The translations under genes and the position numbers were made by a program. A stretch of DNA of 64,000 nt, from positions 496,001-560,000 of the forward strand of contig NW_026782056.1 of NCBI RefSeq assembly GCF_031769215.1, read 5' to 3'. Shown one piece after another: positions 1 to 14,757 of the stretch. The notes beneath the pieces are model-generated. The model was not told the origin of the DNA, did not search any database, and saw only the letters and a program-made list of their open reading frames with translations. Each line of letters begins with the position of its first letter. Position 1 is the first letter of the stretch. The DNA is from Ylistrum balloti. Lineage: Eukaryota.

Positions 1-1862
1 ATGATTATAGCTTATCATTCCCGGTCCTGACTACTGTTTTATACCGTATAACCAGTGCTTTTACCACATGATTATACCTTATCATTCCCGGTCCTGACTA
101 CTGTTTTATATCGTAAAACCAGTGTTTTTGACCACATGATTATAGCTTATCATTCCCGGTCCTGACTACTGTTTTATACCGTAAAACCAGTGTTTTTGAA
201 CACATGATTATAGCTTATCATTCCCGGTCCTGACTACTGTTTTATACCGTATAACCAGTGCTTTTACCACATGATTATACCTTATCATTCCCGGTCCTGA
301 CTATTGTGTTATACCGTATAACCAGTGCTTTTACCACATGATTATACCTTATCATTCCCGGTCCTGACTACTGTTTTATACCGTATAACCAGTGTTTGTG
401 ACCACATGATTATACCTTATCATTCCCGGTCCTGACTACTGTTTTATACCGTATAACCAGTGCTTTTACCACATGATTATACCTTATCATTCCCGGTCCT
501 GACTATTGTGTTATACCGTATAACCAGTGCTACCGTATAACCAGTGTTTTTGACCACATGATTATACCTTATCATTCCCGGTCCTTACTATTGTGTTATA
601 CCGTATAACCAGTGCTTTTACCACATGATTATAGCTTATCATTCCCGGTCCTGACTACCTTTTTATACCGTATAACCAGTGTTTGTGACCACATGATTAT
701 ACCTTATCATTCCCGGTCCTGACTACTGTTTTATACCGTATAACCAGTGCTTTTACCACATGATTATACCTTATCATTCCCGGTCCTGACTACTGTTTTA
801 TACCGTATATACCACATGATTATATAACTGACTAGTGTTTTTACCACATGATTATACCTTATCATTCCCGGTCCTCCTGACTATTGTGTTATACCGTATA
901 ACCAGTGCTTTTACCACATGATTATAGCTTATCATTCCCGGTCTACTGTTTTATACTACCAGTGTTTTATACCTTATCAACCAGTGACTATTTTTACCAC
1001 ATGATTATACCTTATCATTCCCGGTCCTGACTACTGTTTTATACCGTATAACCAGTGCTTTTACCACATGATTATACCTTATCATTCCCGGTCCTGACTA
1101 CTGTTTTATACCGTATAACAAGTGCTTTTACCACATGATTATACCTTATCATTCCCGGTCCTGACTACTGTTTTATACCGTATAACCAGTGCTTTTACCA
1201 CATGATTATACCTTATCATTCCCGGTCCTGACTACTGTTTTATACCGTATAACCAGTGCTTTTACCACATGATTATACCTTATCATTCCCGGTCCTGACT
1301 ACTGTTTTATACCGTATAACCAGTGCTTTTACCACATGATTATACCTTATCATTCCCGGTCCTGACTACTGTTTTATACCGTATAACCAGTGCTTTTACC
1401 ACATGATTATACCTTATCATTCCCGGTCCTGACTACTGTTTTATACCGTATAACCAGTGCTTTTACCACATGATTATACCTTATCATTCCCGGTCCTGAC
1501 TACTGTTTTATACCGTATAACCAGTGCTTTTACCACATGATTATACCTTATCATTCCCGGTCCTGACTACTGTTTTATACCGTATAACCAGTGCTTTTAC
1601 CACATGATTAAACCTTATCATTCCCGGTCCTGACTAGTGTTTTATACCGTAAAACCAGTGTGTTTACCACATGATTATACCTTATCATTCCCGGTCCTGA
1701 CTACTGTTTTATACCGTATAACAAGTGCTTTTACCACATGATTATACCTTATCATTCCCGGTCCTGACTACCTTTTTATACCGTATAACCAGTGTGTTTA
1801 CCACATGATTATAGCTTATCATTCCCGGTCCTGACTACTGTTTTATACCGTATAACCAGTGC
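1..1862. repeat. 67-bp tandem array, about 28 copies, running off the left edge
   Basis: Unit ATGATTATACCTTATCATTCCCGGTCCTGACTACTGTTTTATACCGTATAACCAGTGCTTTTACCAC recurs at 1, 68, etc. It is near-perfect at about 1010-1600, with truncated units at about 520-1000. Confidence 0.97.
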
Positions 1863-3846
1863 GGTTACCGTACCGTATCAGTTTCACTCCTGATCGCTCA
1901 TTTACATGGTAGATCCTTAATCCTGATTAAAACGAGGAAGCCTGTGAATGTTGAAATTAAAAATTTCGTTAACGTTATCAGCTGACTTTGATGGAGTTGA
2001 TGTCGAACTTTAAGACGAAACTCACTTTATTACATCCGAAAAGCGATTTCACAGAACGTTAACGAGCACGTTATTTGTAGATACATGTATTTGAGAAAAT
2101 TAATGTTTCTTTTTATCATGAGCCGTGTTATGTCAAATGCTAAGAAAATGGCTTTGAATTATAGAACAAATTAAACAATTTTCATCTACATGATCATTCG
2201 ATTACCTTTGATAAAGAATGATAAAAATTAGACTCTTTGCAAGCATTCCTCTGCTTTGCACTAAAATTTAGGAAAAAATTAAAGGGACATAGCAACAAAT
2301 ACCACAATCAAAATTGAAATTTAAAAAATGAGTTTGGATTTATATTCTGTTGACATGTTGGTATCTACTTTGCTGTTTTAGACGCGTAGTTTCTCGAAAA
2401 GCAAATAGTTTTACACCAACAATAATTGTGTATAATTATCTATCAGTTGAGGTTTACGACAAACCTACTACTCTCGTTTATCCTTTCCACGTATGAGACT
2501 TTCCCTGTAACAATACCTACAAACAGTATTGCCATGTGTCGTCTTTATCCTGTCCATATGTTATCATTTGGAGGCAATGTCGTTGTTTAACACACTGTAG
2601 ACGTTATCTGTAAAAACAATAGAGAAAAAGACTGGACCAGGGTTTCCATAGTTACGTGAATGTTGACTGGAGCTCTTTGATTGTTGTCCTACGTGTAACA
2701 TCAATTGTGCGTCGTTTTATTCATTGTAATATATTAAAGGAAAACATGACAACTGATTGAGAGCAAGTTCTCAACCTTTCCTTGGTGTTCTTATCCACTA
2801 TCATGTTAACAAATACTGATGCAACTGTGTAAAATCAATATTATCCAGCGAATTCACATCTGCATTTTTTCGTATAATTACAACTATATGTCACTGGCGT
2901 AATGTTATATGCTCTGGAGAGTTTTTCATTGGTTTCAGTCAGAAATCGATTGTGATCTCCTAATATGGACAATGACGTTACGTCAGGAATTGAAAAAAGG
3001 CGCAACAAAATTGTTGCCTCCGTTTGATTTTTTCCCCGCTTGTTTAAAAAAATTCATATGAAACGATAATACATTTAAGATCGTATAAATATATTTCAGT
3101 CTTTACTTTAAAATATTCGCTGTATTTTCATTGTTTTTCATGGAAAGTTTTTGGCAGTAACAGCGTTATTCAAGTCCAATTTTAGATATGAGAGGTATGA
3201 ATATATTTTCGTATTCTAAATAAAAACTTGTAATTGCGTCATACAAATTATTATAATTATGAATGATGTCATACAAATTGTCTTGATTATCATAACAGGC
3301 TTTTCATTTTTAAAAATCGAAAACATCTGCACGAACGTCATATCATGTTATGCAAGCCTCGTGCCTCGTGCCGTTGTGACGGTGTAATTATATATAGACA
3401 TTTATCATCGTGTGTTGTGGTATCTTTCGAAATGATTAGTGTTTATTACTAACATGTTTCGTGTATAACTGTCGTAACGCCTCTAACAATGGTCATCCCC
3501 CACATACTGTACAATTAGGCCTAGCATGAATATTATATCATCTAAGTCAAAGTCGATTTTGATTATCATCTTCATTTTGAAAAAAAAAACTGATACACGT
3601 GACCACGTGTTCCGCTTTGAATCTAAGAAGAACTTTTGATGTACTGATTTGAGTAGAGTAACCTAAGTATCATCTCCCTGACGTACTTGTGTTCATTGCT
3701 GTGTCAGTTTATTTGTGAACAATGGAAGCAGCTTGTGGATAAAACAAAGACACACTTCATCAGCTATTTTCGCTGATAATAGTAACGATTGATTTGTTAA
3801 TTTATTGATCGATTGAACTAAGAATATATTAATTTGTATACATATC

Positions 3847-3870
3847 ATATATATATATATATATATATAT
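3847..3870. repeat. (AT)12 microsatellite
   Basis: Read directly from the sequence. Confidence 0.9.
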
Positions 3871-5323
3871 TCAAGACAAGGCATGAATGCAATTTGAATT
3901 ATTTTTAATACAAATTAAGACATTACGAATTCAGACTTTGGCGAACCATAACTCAGCCGTGAACATATCCATTCTTGATAATTATTTGGTTTATTATCTT
4001 GCAAAGTATATGATAACTTCCCCATCAGTAGGAGGTACAGCGAGATACATAACGTTAGACCTTTATCGAAGGTGCATCAAATGCCCTGACTAATTTTGAC
4101 ATGAAACGTTGCATGAATGTAATGAATGAGAATTATACATCCGGAGCATTGTAAACATATTGCAATTACAGATAAAACAGAAACACAAATCCATAGCACG
4201 CTAACAGTCACAATCAAAACCGCCGCTTGCACACATAGACGATATTAATTAATTGCGTATAGGGCTCATGTTTGAATATGTCACGTGATCAAAATTTGGT
4301 TAAAGGAATAGGTGCGTGCGTGATAAATGAGATAATTTTTTTATTCTTAAAAACAAAATTATCGAAATTCATCATCAGATTTTGTTGTAACCCCATTTGA
4401 TAGCTTTCATTTATTTGTAATGAAGATATCAATTAGTAAACTAGTGTTACCTGTACTTTTAGTGCTACTCCAAAGAAGCTTGCCAAGATAACTTTACCAT
4501 GCTGCATATTCAAACACATTCATGTACCTCGGCTGGCTTCATACATAAGGCGGAGGCACGAGACGTGTTCGTTCCCGCTTGCTTCTCTGATAATTTTGTA
4601 ATTTGTAAAACGCGAACTATCAAATGGTTTACTTCAAATGCACAAATGTCAAGTAATGTCTAATGGCACCTGGGAAAAAATTAGAAATATAAACAAAATC
4701 ATGTAGACAAAATTGACATATGTTCATTAATCATTCTAACTTCCTGATTGTTACATGTGGCTCCTAGTATCGAATGCTTGCCAACCATTGGTGTCATGCA
4801 TGCACGCGCATATTTATTAGGTTTATAACGTACAATAAGCATTAATATATTCACAGACATGGATAAAATTGGAAATCTTGATAGATTGCTTGTTCTTAAG
4901 GAAAGACCCAGGCCTCATCTCAATTTCGTTTATAAGTTTAATGTAAAGGTGTTCTCTCTTAATTAATGGATAAATCGCTTCTGTTTTCCTCATTGCTACA
5001 TTGCTATTTCTGACAAATATAAGAAAGCACAGCAGTACGGTTTTGTTGGTTTGCCAGTAAACAGTATTTTATAATACAACTTGAATTTATTATCAAAATA
5101 TATTGATAAAGCTGTAGTATTACGTTATGTTTAATTGTAACTGATGCCTGAGTCGTTTTCCAAATAGCAAACTCAGTGATGTAACAATGGAATTGGTGAC
5201 GTCACAATAATTGTCCTGTGACCAAACATCTCTCAAATGTTAATTATTTTAATAGGATGAAAAACTGGATGCTGTTTAATTTCAGTCACTGCAAGTATAA
5301 CAAGAAAAAAAACAATATTTCAA

Positions 5324-5548
5324 CAGAATCATAATCCAAACACATATTTAATAAAAGCTAGGACAAAAATATAAAAAAAGAAAAATTCGCAAGGAGACTC
5401 CTGAAAAAGTACAGGGGAATTAGACCAGGGTTTTCAGAAGAGCAAGCGTCTTCTGCTGCATCGACGACATCAGCAATGCAAATTTAGTCAATCCAAAAAA
5501 GTAATGTCACGTTCTCAAATGAGAAGAATGTAACAACAAAACCAACAA
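5324..5548 (+). repeat. Dispersed repeat family A, copy 1
   Basis: Core GACCAGGGTTTTCAGAAGAGCAAGCGTCTTCTGCTGCATCGA, plus the flanks CAGAATCATA..CTAGGACA and TCACGTTCTCAAATGAGAA, are shared with 21461-21620. The core is also shared with 36356-36420 and 43851-43918 (-). Confidence 0.7.
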
Positions 5549-8500
5549 CAATGTTGCGGGAAGTTGCGCGCCAAAAGTAACGTATATCATAAATTTTCCG
5601 TCGGTAATAGAAGATGCGGGTGAAATTAAAATTTCGTCAACACTGTTTTATACTTAGTTAAACGTTTAATAGGATGTTAAAATTATTAAACAGATATAGC
5701 ATAACAACAACAACAAAATATACATATGGACCGAATGACTTTAATTTGATCAACATTGAAACAAATATATCACTCGGTCTGTCTAGAACATTGATGAAAC
5801 ACGTGATAGCCAACGTGGGTGTTGTTTGTATGTCAGAATATATAGAAAGATAGCGATATCTAATCAGATGTCGTATCGAACGGGCCTCAAATAGACAAAG
5901 TATCGAACGCACCCGTCATGAAATAAGTGCAATGCATGCTGACTTGGCGAAGGATTGGCTAAACAAAGTAATTTCATTGCTGTGGAATTAATGTATTGTA
6001 AAAAAAATGGAAATAAAGTTAGATTTAAAAGTCACGTCCGAAAACAATCCTAGAATGAAAAATTTAAATTATTCATTAGATTTGTGAATCATGCTCAACC
6101 TGCTCATGGTTGGGACTAACTTTTATAACTTTTATATCCCCAGAGGAAGCTTTGTGACGGTTACGTCTTGACACGTTTTCGTGTAAACATTTATTTCAGT
6201 CTCCCCACCTGTAAACCTGTCAGACATACGTGTGATATGTAGATAAATTATATTGCTACGGCCTTGCAATATATTCTATTTCATCTACCTCGACTGAGAA
6301 TAAAACCTATAGAAAAATCTTTGGTCAAATATTGAAAGTTCTTCTCTACTTAAATAAAAGTACATAAAACATCTTTATTTTTTTTAAAAAAAAGTTTTTC
6401 AGTATCATTTTGATCATCATTTTTATCGAATAGCAAATGAATTGATTCAACCATATGAAAATATTAAGGAGACTTGACACAAGTGCCTTACAAATTAAAG
6501 CATCAATCTATTATGTTGTACAGACATCCATTACGGTATGTTTCGTCTTTCCGACAATATGATACAGAGTACGGACATCAAACTCAAACTATGTTAAGCA
6601 TGATAATTTCGATTTCTTTACTTTGTGGGTTTTATTTTTATTTATTTATTTTTTGTTCTTACTTCCAAAGCCTGCCGTATTTTTATTTAGCAGGTGGTTC
6701 GACATTAAACGGTTTGTTCACAATATCATGATTCCGTGAAACATGTCAGCGGCTTACAAATGATTAACATCATCTGGTTTTGATAGATGTAGGATGATGA
6801 AGATACTCTTTAGTTTTCTTAGCAGTTTCGTTGGCGAAGTACTGTTAATCTGGATTGACCAATATGACAGGTGACGTAGTTAAAGTAGTAAATGCCTACC
6901 TGTCTGTAACATCTGGTCTTATTCTGCTAGCACTTTTGCAAAGGACACCCTTTATCTTTTACTTATGTTCATATTTTGTCTGTTTTTAATCGAATATCGC
7001 CAAAGGCGACTGCAACACGTTGGTATAATGTATGCCCGATTCTTTTATAAAATCACTGCCAACGAAAAATGTTTAAATCAACAAATATACTAGTGTTCCA
7101 GCAACTTATATCGATGTTGATTTAGCATGATGTCAGGGAAGGAGATTGAATATGGAGATAATTCAATTTTCTTTCATCCTGTTTTCATTAATGTCAATTT
7201 GTCTTGGACCAATTTGGAGCGAGACCGATAGTTAAGCGTCTAAATGATTACAATCCCATTGTTCAGTGCTTTGTTTACTAATGTATTTCCGCTGTAGATG
7301 ATCGCATTTAAATGTTTCGCTGAGAGCAATCGTTTGCATCTGTACATGTACTATAGAAATGTCCATTCGGCAATTTTCTTAGGGATGGCATGGAATCGCT
7401 TTCCATAAGGACTGGTGAAACAGCACACGCCGCTCTCGAATCTTTTATTGAGTCACGAATTATGCACCAAGTGTTTCTGTTCTAAAACGAAATTTTCTTA
7501 AGTACTGTAGAATTCGCAGTTTAACTAGTACATCGTTTATTTGAAAAGGATTTATTGGAAACAATTCTCTTCATAAGCACGATTCCTACCCTATTTAAAA
7601 ATATGCCAGTTTTTATCCTCACCCTACATACACTAATGCATGTCAGTCACGTTTCTTTTTCTTTTATTTTCGTATCATACATCGTTAGGCTTAATTTGTC
7701 TGGGATTTTATTTTGGATTTTTCATTTTGAAGCAAGGCATCATCCAAGTCGAATTGCTACAAATAATTTCAACAAGTGAAGCAATATTTTTTCTAATCAA
7801 ATTATTTTCTAATTCTTTCGAAAGTTTGGAAAGGTTCTTAAGAAAGTTGGAGTTTAGAGTGAGTGTCACGTATCAATTTATCGGGACTTTTAAACCTGAA
7901 TTCTGATCTCTTTCATCATCCATTATCACTTACTTATTTTATTTCTGTATTAAAGTTTTTTTCCAAATTGACATTCAAGTCTTCAAGGTGATGATTTCTT
8001 GATCCATAAGAGTTACATCACATCCTTGTATGTCAGTCGAGGATAAGACTAAATAGAACGAAAACGAGAATCGAGACTCGAACACGTGCTCGATATCAAT
8101 TTGCTAAACATGAATGAATGAATAAATAAATGAATGAATGATAGTTAAAACTGAACTGAACACTAACTGCAAGTGTATCACGTGATGAAGTATCATGTCC
8201 TTCAACTACTTGTTGGAATATATTTAGATTTTTAGACAGAAATATTTTTTTCTTTGATTTCATGTGTTCAACAGTTATGATAAAAAATACTACGGTAATG
8301 ATCTCATTGTTGAATTGGCAGACCTTTACTCTCACACATTGTCTAGAAGAAATGTCTGACTGAAGCTTGCATCTCTACAGATAACATGGAGATTTAGAGA
8401 TAACTGATGAGAGTGAGGTTAGAGCCAAATGATAACAGTAGTCAACACTATCCGGTAAGTCATGTAAATCCTGCGGTCGCTCCTCGTGGTTTGGAATCGT

Positions 8501-9437
8501 GTTAAAAACAAATAGCAATTGTGTTAATCTGGAAGATAGTTGGACATCAATGACGATGATATCGATAAACGCAGTCAAGCACAAACAACCATCAAACACG
8601 ATCCGAGTGAATGTTTTGATCAGATTTAAGAAAACTCCAGATTTCTGTCAATATATTTGTAGATGACAGATACAATGGTGGTATGTCTTATAATGATAAC
8701 TATGTTTGTAAGATAAAGTGCCAGAGTGATAACATATGGACTGTATATATAGTACGTGTGATACTTAACTTCGATTATCAGCAGCATACTTCGGCACAGA
8801 AAAAATATCGTTATGAATGAAAACAGAGGCGATGAAAACATAAATAATACGCAATGAAATACAACGTAGGAAACGTCACTAGGTATTATTGTTAATATCA
8901 AACAGCTGTTCGCGATCCCCCTCTCTTACAATGTTTCATACAAACAAACCAAGGAGTTCAAAGCTCCCACATAAGATAGTAGATAAACAGAAATAAATAC
9001 TCGAAGCAATACTGTCCAGACTAATGTCAGGAAAACGTCTACACCAGAGATTACATAGACAGATAAGATTACGTGATATCGTATCTCCAATTGAGCCTCG
9101 GTTTGGAATTCTGTAGCAGAAACGGTTCTCAATAGACACAATTCTATCATAACCAGTTGTAGGTAATCAACTTTATATGAAAAATCTAATTCAATGTTAT
9201 TCAGATGTGATATGAGAATGCATGGTCTAAAGGTGAGCAGACTTACATTAACATCATTTTTACCAATGGGTTTCATTCACTCTATACTCTAGCATGTGGT
9301 TTTGATGGCAAATGCATTTGTCAGTTTATTGTGGCATTGTTCAGTTACAAAGCCTTGCCCTAAAGTCCTATGTGACCCCTGTGTTACAGTACTCAGTGTC
9401 CAGAATACTACAGCTATCCGATAACATAAGTGTCACC

Positions 9438-9946
9438 AACTACTACAGTAACCCGGTTACACTTGTAACATCCACTACTATAGTAACTAACGTAACCCGG
9501 TTACACAAGTTACACCCACTACTATAGTAACTACAGTAACCCTGTTACACAAGTAACACCCACTACTATAGTAACTAAGGTAACCCGGTTATACAAGTTA
9601 CACCCACTACTATAGTAACTACAGTAACCCGATTACACAAGTATCACCCACTTCTATAGTAACTACAGTAACCTGGTTACACATGTAACACCCACTACTA
9701 TAGTAACTAACATAACCCGGTTACACAAGTAACACCCACTACTATAGTAACTAACGTAACCCGGTTACACAATAAAGCCACTACTGTAGTAACTAACGTA
9801 ACCCGGTTACACAATAAAGCCACTACTGTAGTAACTAACGTAACCCGGTTACACAAGTAACACCCACTACTATAGTTACTAACGTAACCCGGTTACACAA
9901 TAAAGCCACTACTGTAGTAACTAACGTAACCCGGTTACACCAGTAA
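9438..9946. repeat. 42-44-bp tandem array, about 11-12 copies, with internal palindromes
   Basis: Unit CACTACTATAGTAACTAACGTAACCCGGTTACACAAGTAACACC; period 44 (9473 to 9517), with 42-bp variants in the right half. Confidence 0.95.
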
Positions 9947-12900
9947 CGTCGTACATTATGGTGATTTCATTGCACTTCTTTTATTTCTGTTCTAAGTCGA
10001 AATATCTTCGTCTTTAATGAACATAATTGTTAATTTTTCAATGCACGCTATGGCAGTGGTTTTCAGTATATGTTATTTGTTCGTTTTCTATACACTCAAG
10101 AGAGGTCACCGAATTCTTTCTTCTATTCGGTATTGAATTTGTCTTCTATTGAACTTCACATGAAATTTCAAATAAACAAAACCATTTCACAGGTCGGAGT
10201 ATTTTCAGATATAACATGAAGCATGAATATTGCAAGTCTGGTTGTATGATATTTTTTATTTCAGAATATTTTATTGTACGGATCGTATGTACAAAAGGAA
10301 TTGGGCAACAGGCAAAGCCTATATTAGCCCTCTCCTTAAAAAATATAACAGTAATTACATGCACATTACATATGAATATAGCTTGAACATAATCTTCTTG
10401 TATTATTACATAACTTAGATAGAAGATTATTTGTACTATTGAGTGAACTTCAATGGACAAGAAACATTCTAATGATCAGAATTAATGTAATACTAAGCTA
10501 ATTTAGTATTTTCAGAAAAATAACATGAACCGCCTCCATAATATAAATATTCATGTTTATAACTTGAGGCTGAAAACCATAAATTATATTGAGTGGAATG
10601 GAATCGTTTATTGCTGAAGAATATGACAGTTTGGAGCACCACATGTACAAGCAGGGCTATTAAGGTATATAACTTCAAAATTTCTTAACTGCCACATTCA
10701 TAATTGATATACGGTGCTCTTAAACAACACAAAGGTGACACGTACGTTGTATATATATGTGTACATACACGTAATGTACTTATTTGTACTGACTAACCTT
10801 TTTAATACATACACGTTTTAAGAACTTAACTATTCTGTCTGTGGGGTTTGGGAAAATTAAGGAATACAAGAAAAACAAATCATGTTTTTTTTAAAGATCG
10901 TAGTAGGAAGGCTTATGTACAAACGATGTACGTAATGTATCTCTTAAGAGAACAGTCTTTGGACTTAAAATAACATTTCAAGTACATGTTACTACGGGTA
11001 CAATAAACACAATATTTAAAAGTGTCAATGTGATGTTTGGCAGTGCAGTTAACCTATCATAAACTATGGACAGCTGTTGTTCACAGACTTACATAGAATG
11101 TAAGGCATTTATTTTAATTTGCCATTAAGTGACTTCACTTGGATAAGCTACAGTTAATAGAATCAAACAAAATTATAATTTTGACTTTACGCAGGTTTGA
11201 ATTAAACACGACATTTGATATAGTTTTATTGTCGTTTTGTTTATTCTGAGTTTTGAGCTATTTATAGGATTATACATAACAACTGTACTAGGCCGTTGGA
11301 TTTTGCTTGTAGTATATATACCGACAATATCCACTCTATATGTCCATCACTGACATGTACAGGTGTGATGCAGTCATCCCATATTTATGACTTTCACCTT
11401 TTTTCTACCAAAGTCACAATTGTCTGGGTGATACAATCACATTACGACAAAGATGGCGCTCAAAGTCGTCCCACGACTTCCAGATGGCGCTCACAGTCGT
11501 CCCTCGGCTTGTTGTCATTAGTTATAACGGTAACGCACAGACTAACCGCATGGGATGCCAGCACTCTTTATACCTACAAACAAAAAACTTTCACAACTAT
11601 ATTGAAATATGATGGGAAGGTTATATTTCTGTATTGTCCGAAGAGGCTGCCAAATTAATTGGCTATTCGCACCGTAGTATATCAAAATGTACATGGGGGC
11701 GGAGGATGTACAAAGATGCATGCACCTTTGGGTTAGATGAAAGGTTTATTAGGACCGGGTATTTGTAGGCACAGTGGTGGGGTATGGGGGATTCCGTTGT
11801 GTTGTTCGGTATAAGATATAGAGAAAAGTCGGATCTTTTAAAGTTATTTATGGATATGATGTCCGAATTTATCTTTAAGTTGGGTTTTCGAAGGTATCTC
11901 GAAGTGAAGGCATTCCTAATTATTCACTTTGCCTTACTTTGTAGAATTAATTGACCCAATGTGATCGTCAACTGTACTTTTGACTAAATGCTAATGACTG
12001 CCCTTTTCCATTGAATGAATGTACAAGTCTCCGTAACTATATTACTCTCACGAATGTGGATTAGCATTACATTTAAAGAAAAAAAAACTGTCAGGACACG
12101 AAAATACCAAGAGTTCACATATTTTCTACTGACGGTCACAACACTTGAAATTCGCATAAACAGAGGTGTCTCTACTGACAATAATCACAGAACAAAGTTA
12201 CGTTTGTCTACATATCCTTGTTGCCTTCATACCCCAAAGGCGCTCACCATGCGCTATATCAGGTCATTATTTAATGGAGATTATCTGATGGAAATAAAAA
12301 AAAATGTAATCCGAATTCTTAGCCCTTTATCACATATTTTATATTTATCACAGATAAACAGAAATCTAATATTTCCATTTTCGGCGAACCCCCATCGAAA
12401 GCTCGTTGGGGGGATTTAGATATTTCCCTTTACGATAACACATGTTGTAATTCATTGTGCGAGTAAACAGGTGTAACATTGCTAAACAAAAGCAAAAATT
12501 CATTTCCGTGACGTTACAACTCTTAGTATTCATCAAACGGGCCCCGGATTGGAATTTCTTGTAGTCCCAGTGGTTCTCACCAAGTTTTCTGTCGTTTAAA
12601 TTTAACTAGAATTGCTGTTTGCTAAATGAATGTTGGAAAGAGGGCAAAATCTCTCCAAATTTCCTTGCTATTGTCTTATTTCAATGCATAAACGAAGAAT
12701 GTTTCATCAAGATATCATCATTTGCTAATAAATTTGCATCTTTTCATTTCATTCTTTAGTAACAGTACATACACGTTAAAATAATACAATGGTAATGCGG
12801 TTTAACTACAATGTTTGTTGTTAGCGAATACCAATATGAGGAAAACTTTCACGTACATCTGTGGCAATTCAGGACTGGATCTGCAATCTACTTTAATTCC

Positions 12901-13167
12901 CAAATTTATCCATAATAACTATTCATCTAAAATTCGGAGATTGGAATACGATTTTAATTTGAAATTATTTGGGTGTGAAGTAATTCTCCTTAGTGCAGCT
13001 GTGTGTATATCGATAGGTTGTCTCCGTTCTTCATTGTAATCGCGAAACGTACACGCATAATTGGTTTTCGCTATCAACATGGAAATACTGCCAAAAGCAA
13101 ATTTCGAGGAGATTGATCCGAAATGTGTTCCACTGTTTCTGACACTCCTTCATTTCCTTTCTTCCTA

Positions 13168-13395
13168 AATTCGTACATCGTCTCTTCTCTTTCCTCTCCA
13201 TTCTCTCATTCCGCCCAACTCTCCTTCCAACATTCGTACATCATTCTCCTCCTTCCTCTCCATTCTCTCATTCCGCCCAACTCGCCTTCCAACATTCGTA
13301 CATCATTCTCCTCCTTCCTCTCCATTCTCTCATTCCGCCCAACTCTCCTTCATACATTCGTACATCATTCTCCTCCTTCCACTCCATTCTCTCCT
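13168..13395. repeat. 62-63-bp pyrimidine-rich tandem array, about 4 copies
   Basis: TCGTACATC anchor at 13171, 13234, 13296 and 13358. Confidence 0.9.
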
Positions 13396-14757
13396 AACAT
13401 TATCTCGTCATCTGCTCATTTATCCTTCTCCTTTCTCCCAGCCTCCTAACATTATCTCGTCATCTTCTCATTTCTCCTGTCCTTTCTCCCAGCCTCCTAA
13501 TATTATCTCGTCATCTTCTCTTTCCTCCTTCTCCTTTCTCCCAGCCTCCTAACATTATCTCGTCATCTTCTCATTTCTCCTGTCCTTTCTCCCAGCCTCC
13601 TAACATTATCTTGTCATCTTCTCATTTCTCCTGTCCTTTCTCCGAGCCTCCTAACATTATCTCGTCATCTTCTCATTTCTCCTGTCCTTTCTCCCAGCCT
13701 CCTAACATAATCTTGTCATCTTCTCATTTCTCCTGTCCTTTCTCCCAGCCTCCTAACATTATCTTGTCATCTTCTCATTTCTCCTGTCCTTTCTCCCAGC
13801 CTCCTAATATTATCTCGTCATCTTCTCTTTCCTCCTTCTCCTTTCTCCCAGCCTCCTAACATTATCTCGTCATCTTCTCATTTCTCCTGTCCTTTCTCCC
13901 AGCCTCCTAACATTATCTTGTCATCTTCTCATTTCTCCTGTCCTTTCTCCCAGCCTCCTAACATTATCTCGTCATCTTCTCATTTCTCCTGTCCTTTCTC
14001 CCAGCCTCCTAACATTATCTTGTCATCTTCTCATTTCTCCTGTCCTTTCTCCCAGCCTCCTAACATTATCTCGTCATCTTCTCTTTCCTCCTTCTCCTTT
14101 CTCCCAGCCTCCTATCATTTTCTCGTCATCTTCTCATTTCTCCTGTCCTTTCTCCCAGCCTCCTAACATTATCTTGTCATCTTCTCATTTCTCCTGTCCT
14201 TTCTCCGAGCCTCCTAACATTATCTCGTCATCTTCTCATTTCTCCTGTCCTTTCTCCCAGCCTCCTAACATTATCTTGTCATCTTCTCATTTCTCCTGTC
14301 CTTTCTCCCAGCCTCCTAACATTATCTTGTCATCTTCTCATTTCTCCTGTCCTTTCTCCCAGCCTCCTAATATTATCTCGTCATCTTCTCATTTCTCCTG
14401 TCCTTTCTCCCAGCCTCCTAACATTATCTCGTCATCTTCTCATTTCTCCTGTCCTTTCTCCCAGCCTCCTAACATTATCTCGTCATCTTCTCATTTCTCC
14501 TGTCCTTTCTCCCAGCCTCCTAACATTATCTCGTCATCTTCTCATTTCTCATGTCCTTTCTCCCAGTCTCCTAATATTATCTCGTCATCTTCTCATTTCT
14601 CCTGTCCTTTCTCCCAGCCTCCTAATATTATCTTGTCATCTTCTCATTTCTCCTGTCCTTTCTCCCAGCCTCCTAACATTATCTTGTCATCTTCTCATTT
14701 CTCCTGTCCTTTCTCCCAGCCTCCTAATATTATCTCGTTATCTTCTCTTTCCTCCTT
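13396..14757. repeat. 51-bp pyrimidine-rich tandem array, about 27 copies
   Basis: Unit CCTAACATTATCTCGTCATCTTCTCATTTCTCCTGTCCTTTCTCCCAGCCT, with occasional shorter variant units. It explains the ORFs at 13611-14773. Confidence 0.97.

Noticed and set aside
12389-12412. GC hairpin CCCCCATCGA-AAGC-TCGTTGGGGG as a Helitron 3' end
   Set aside because: No CTRR terminus follows at the expected distance and no second copy was seen.
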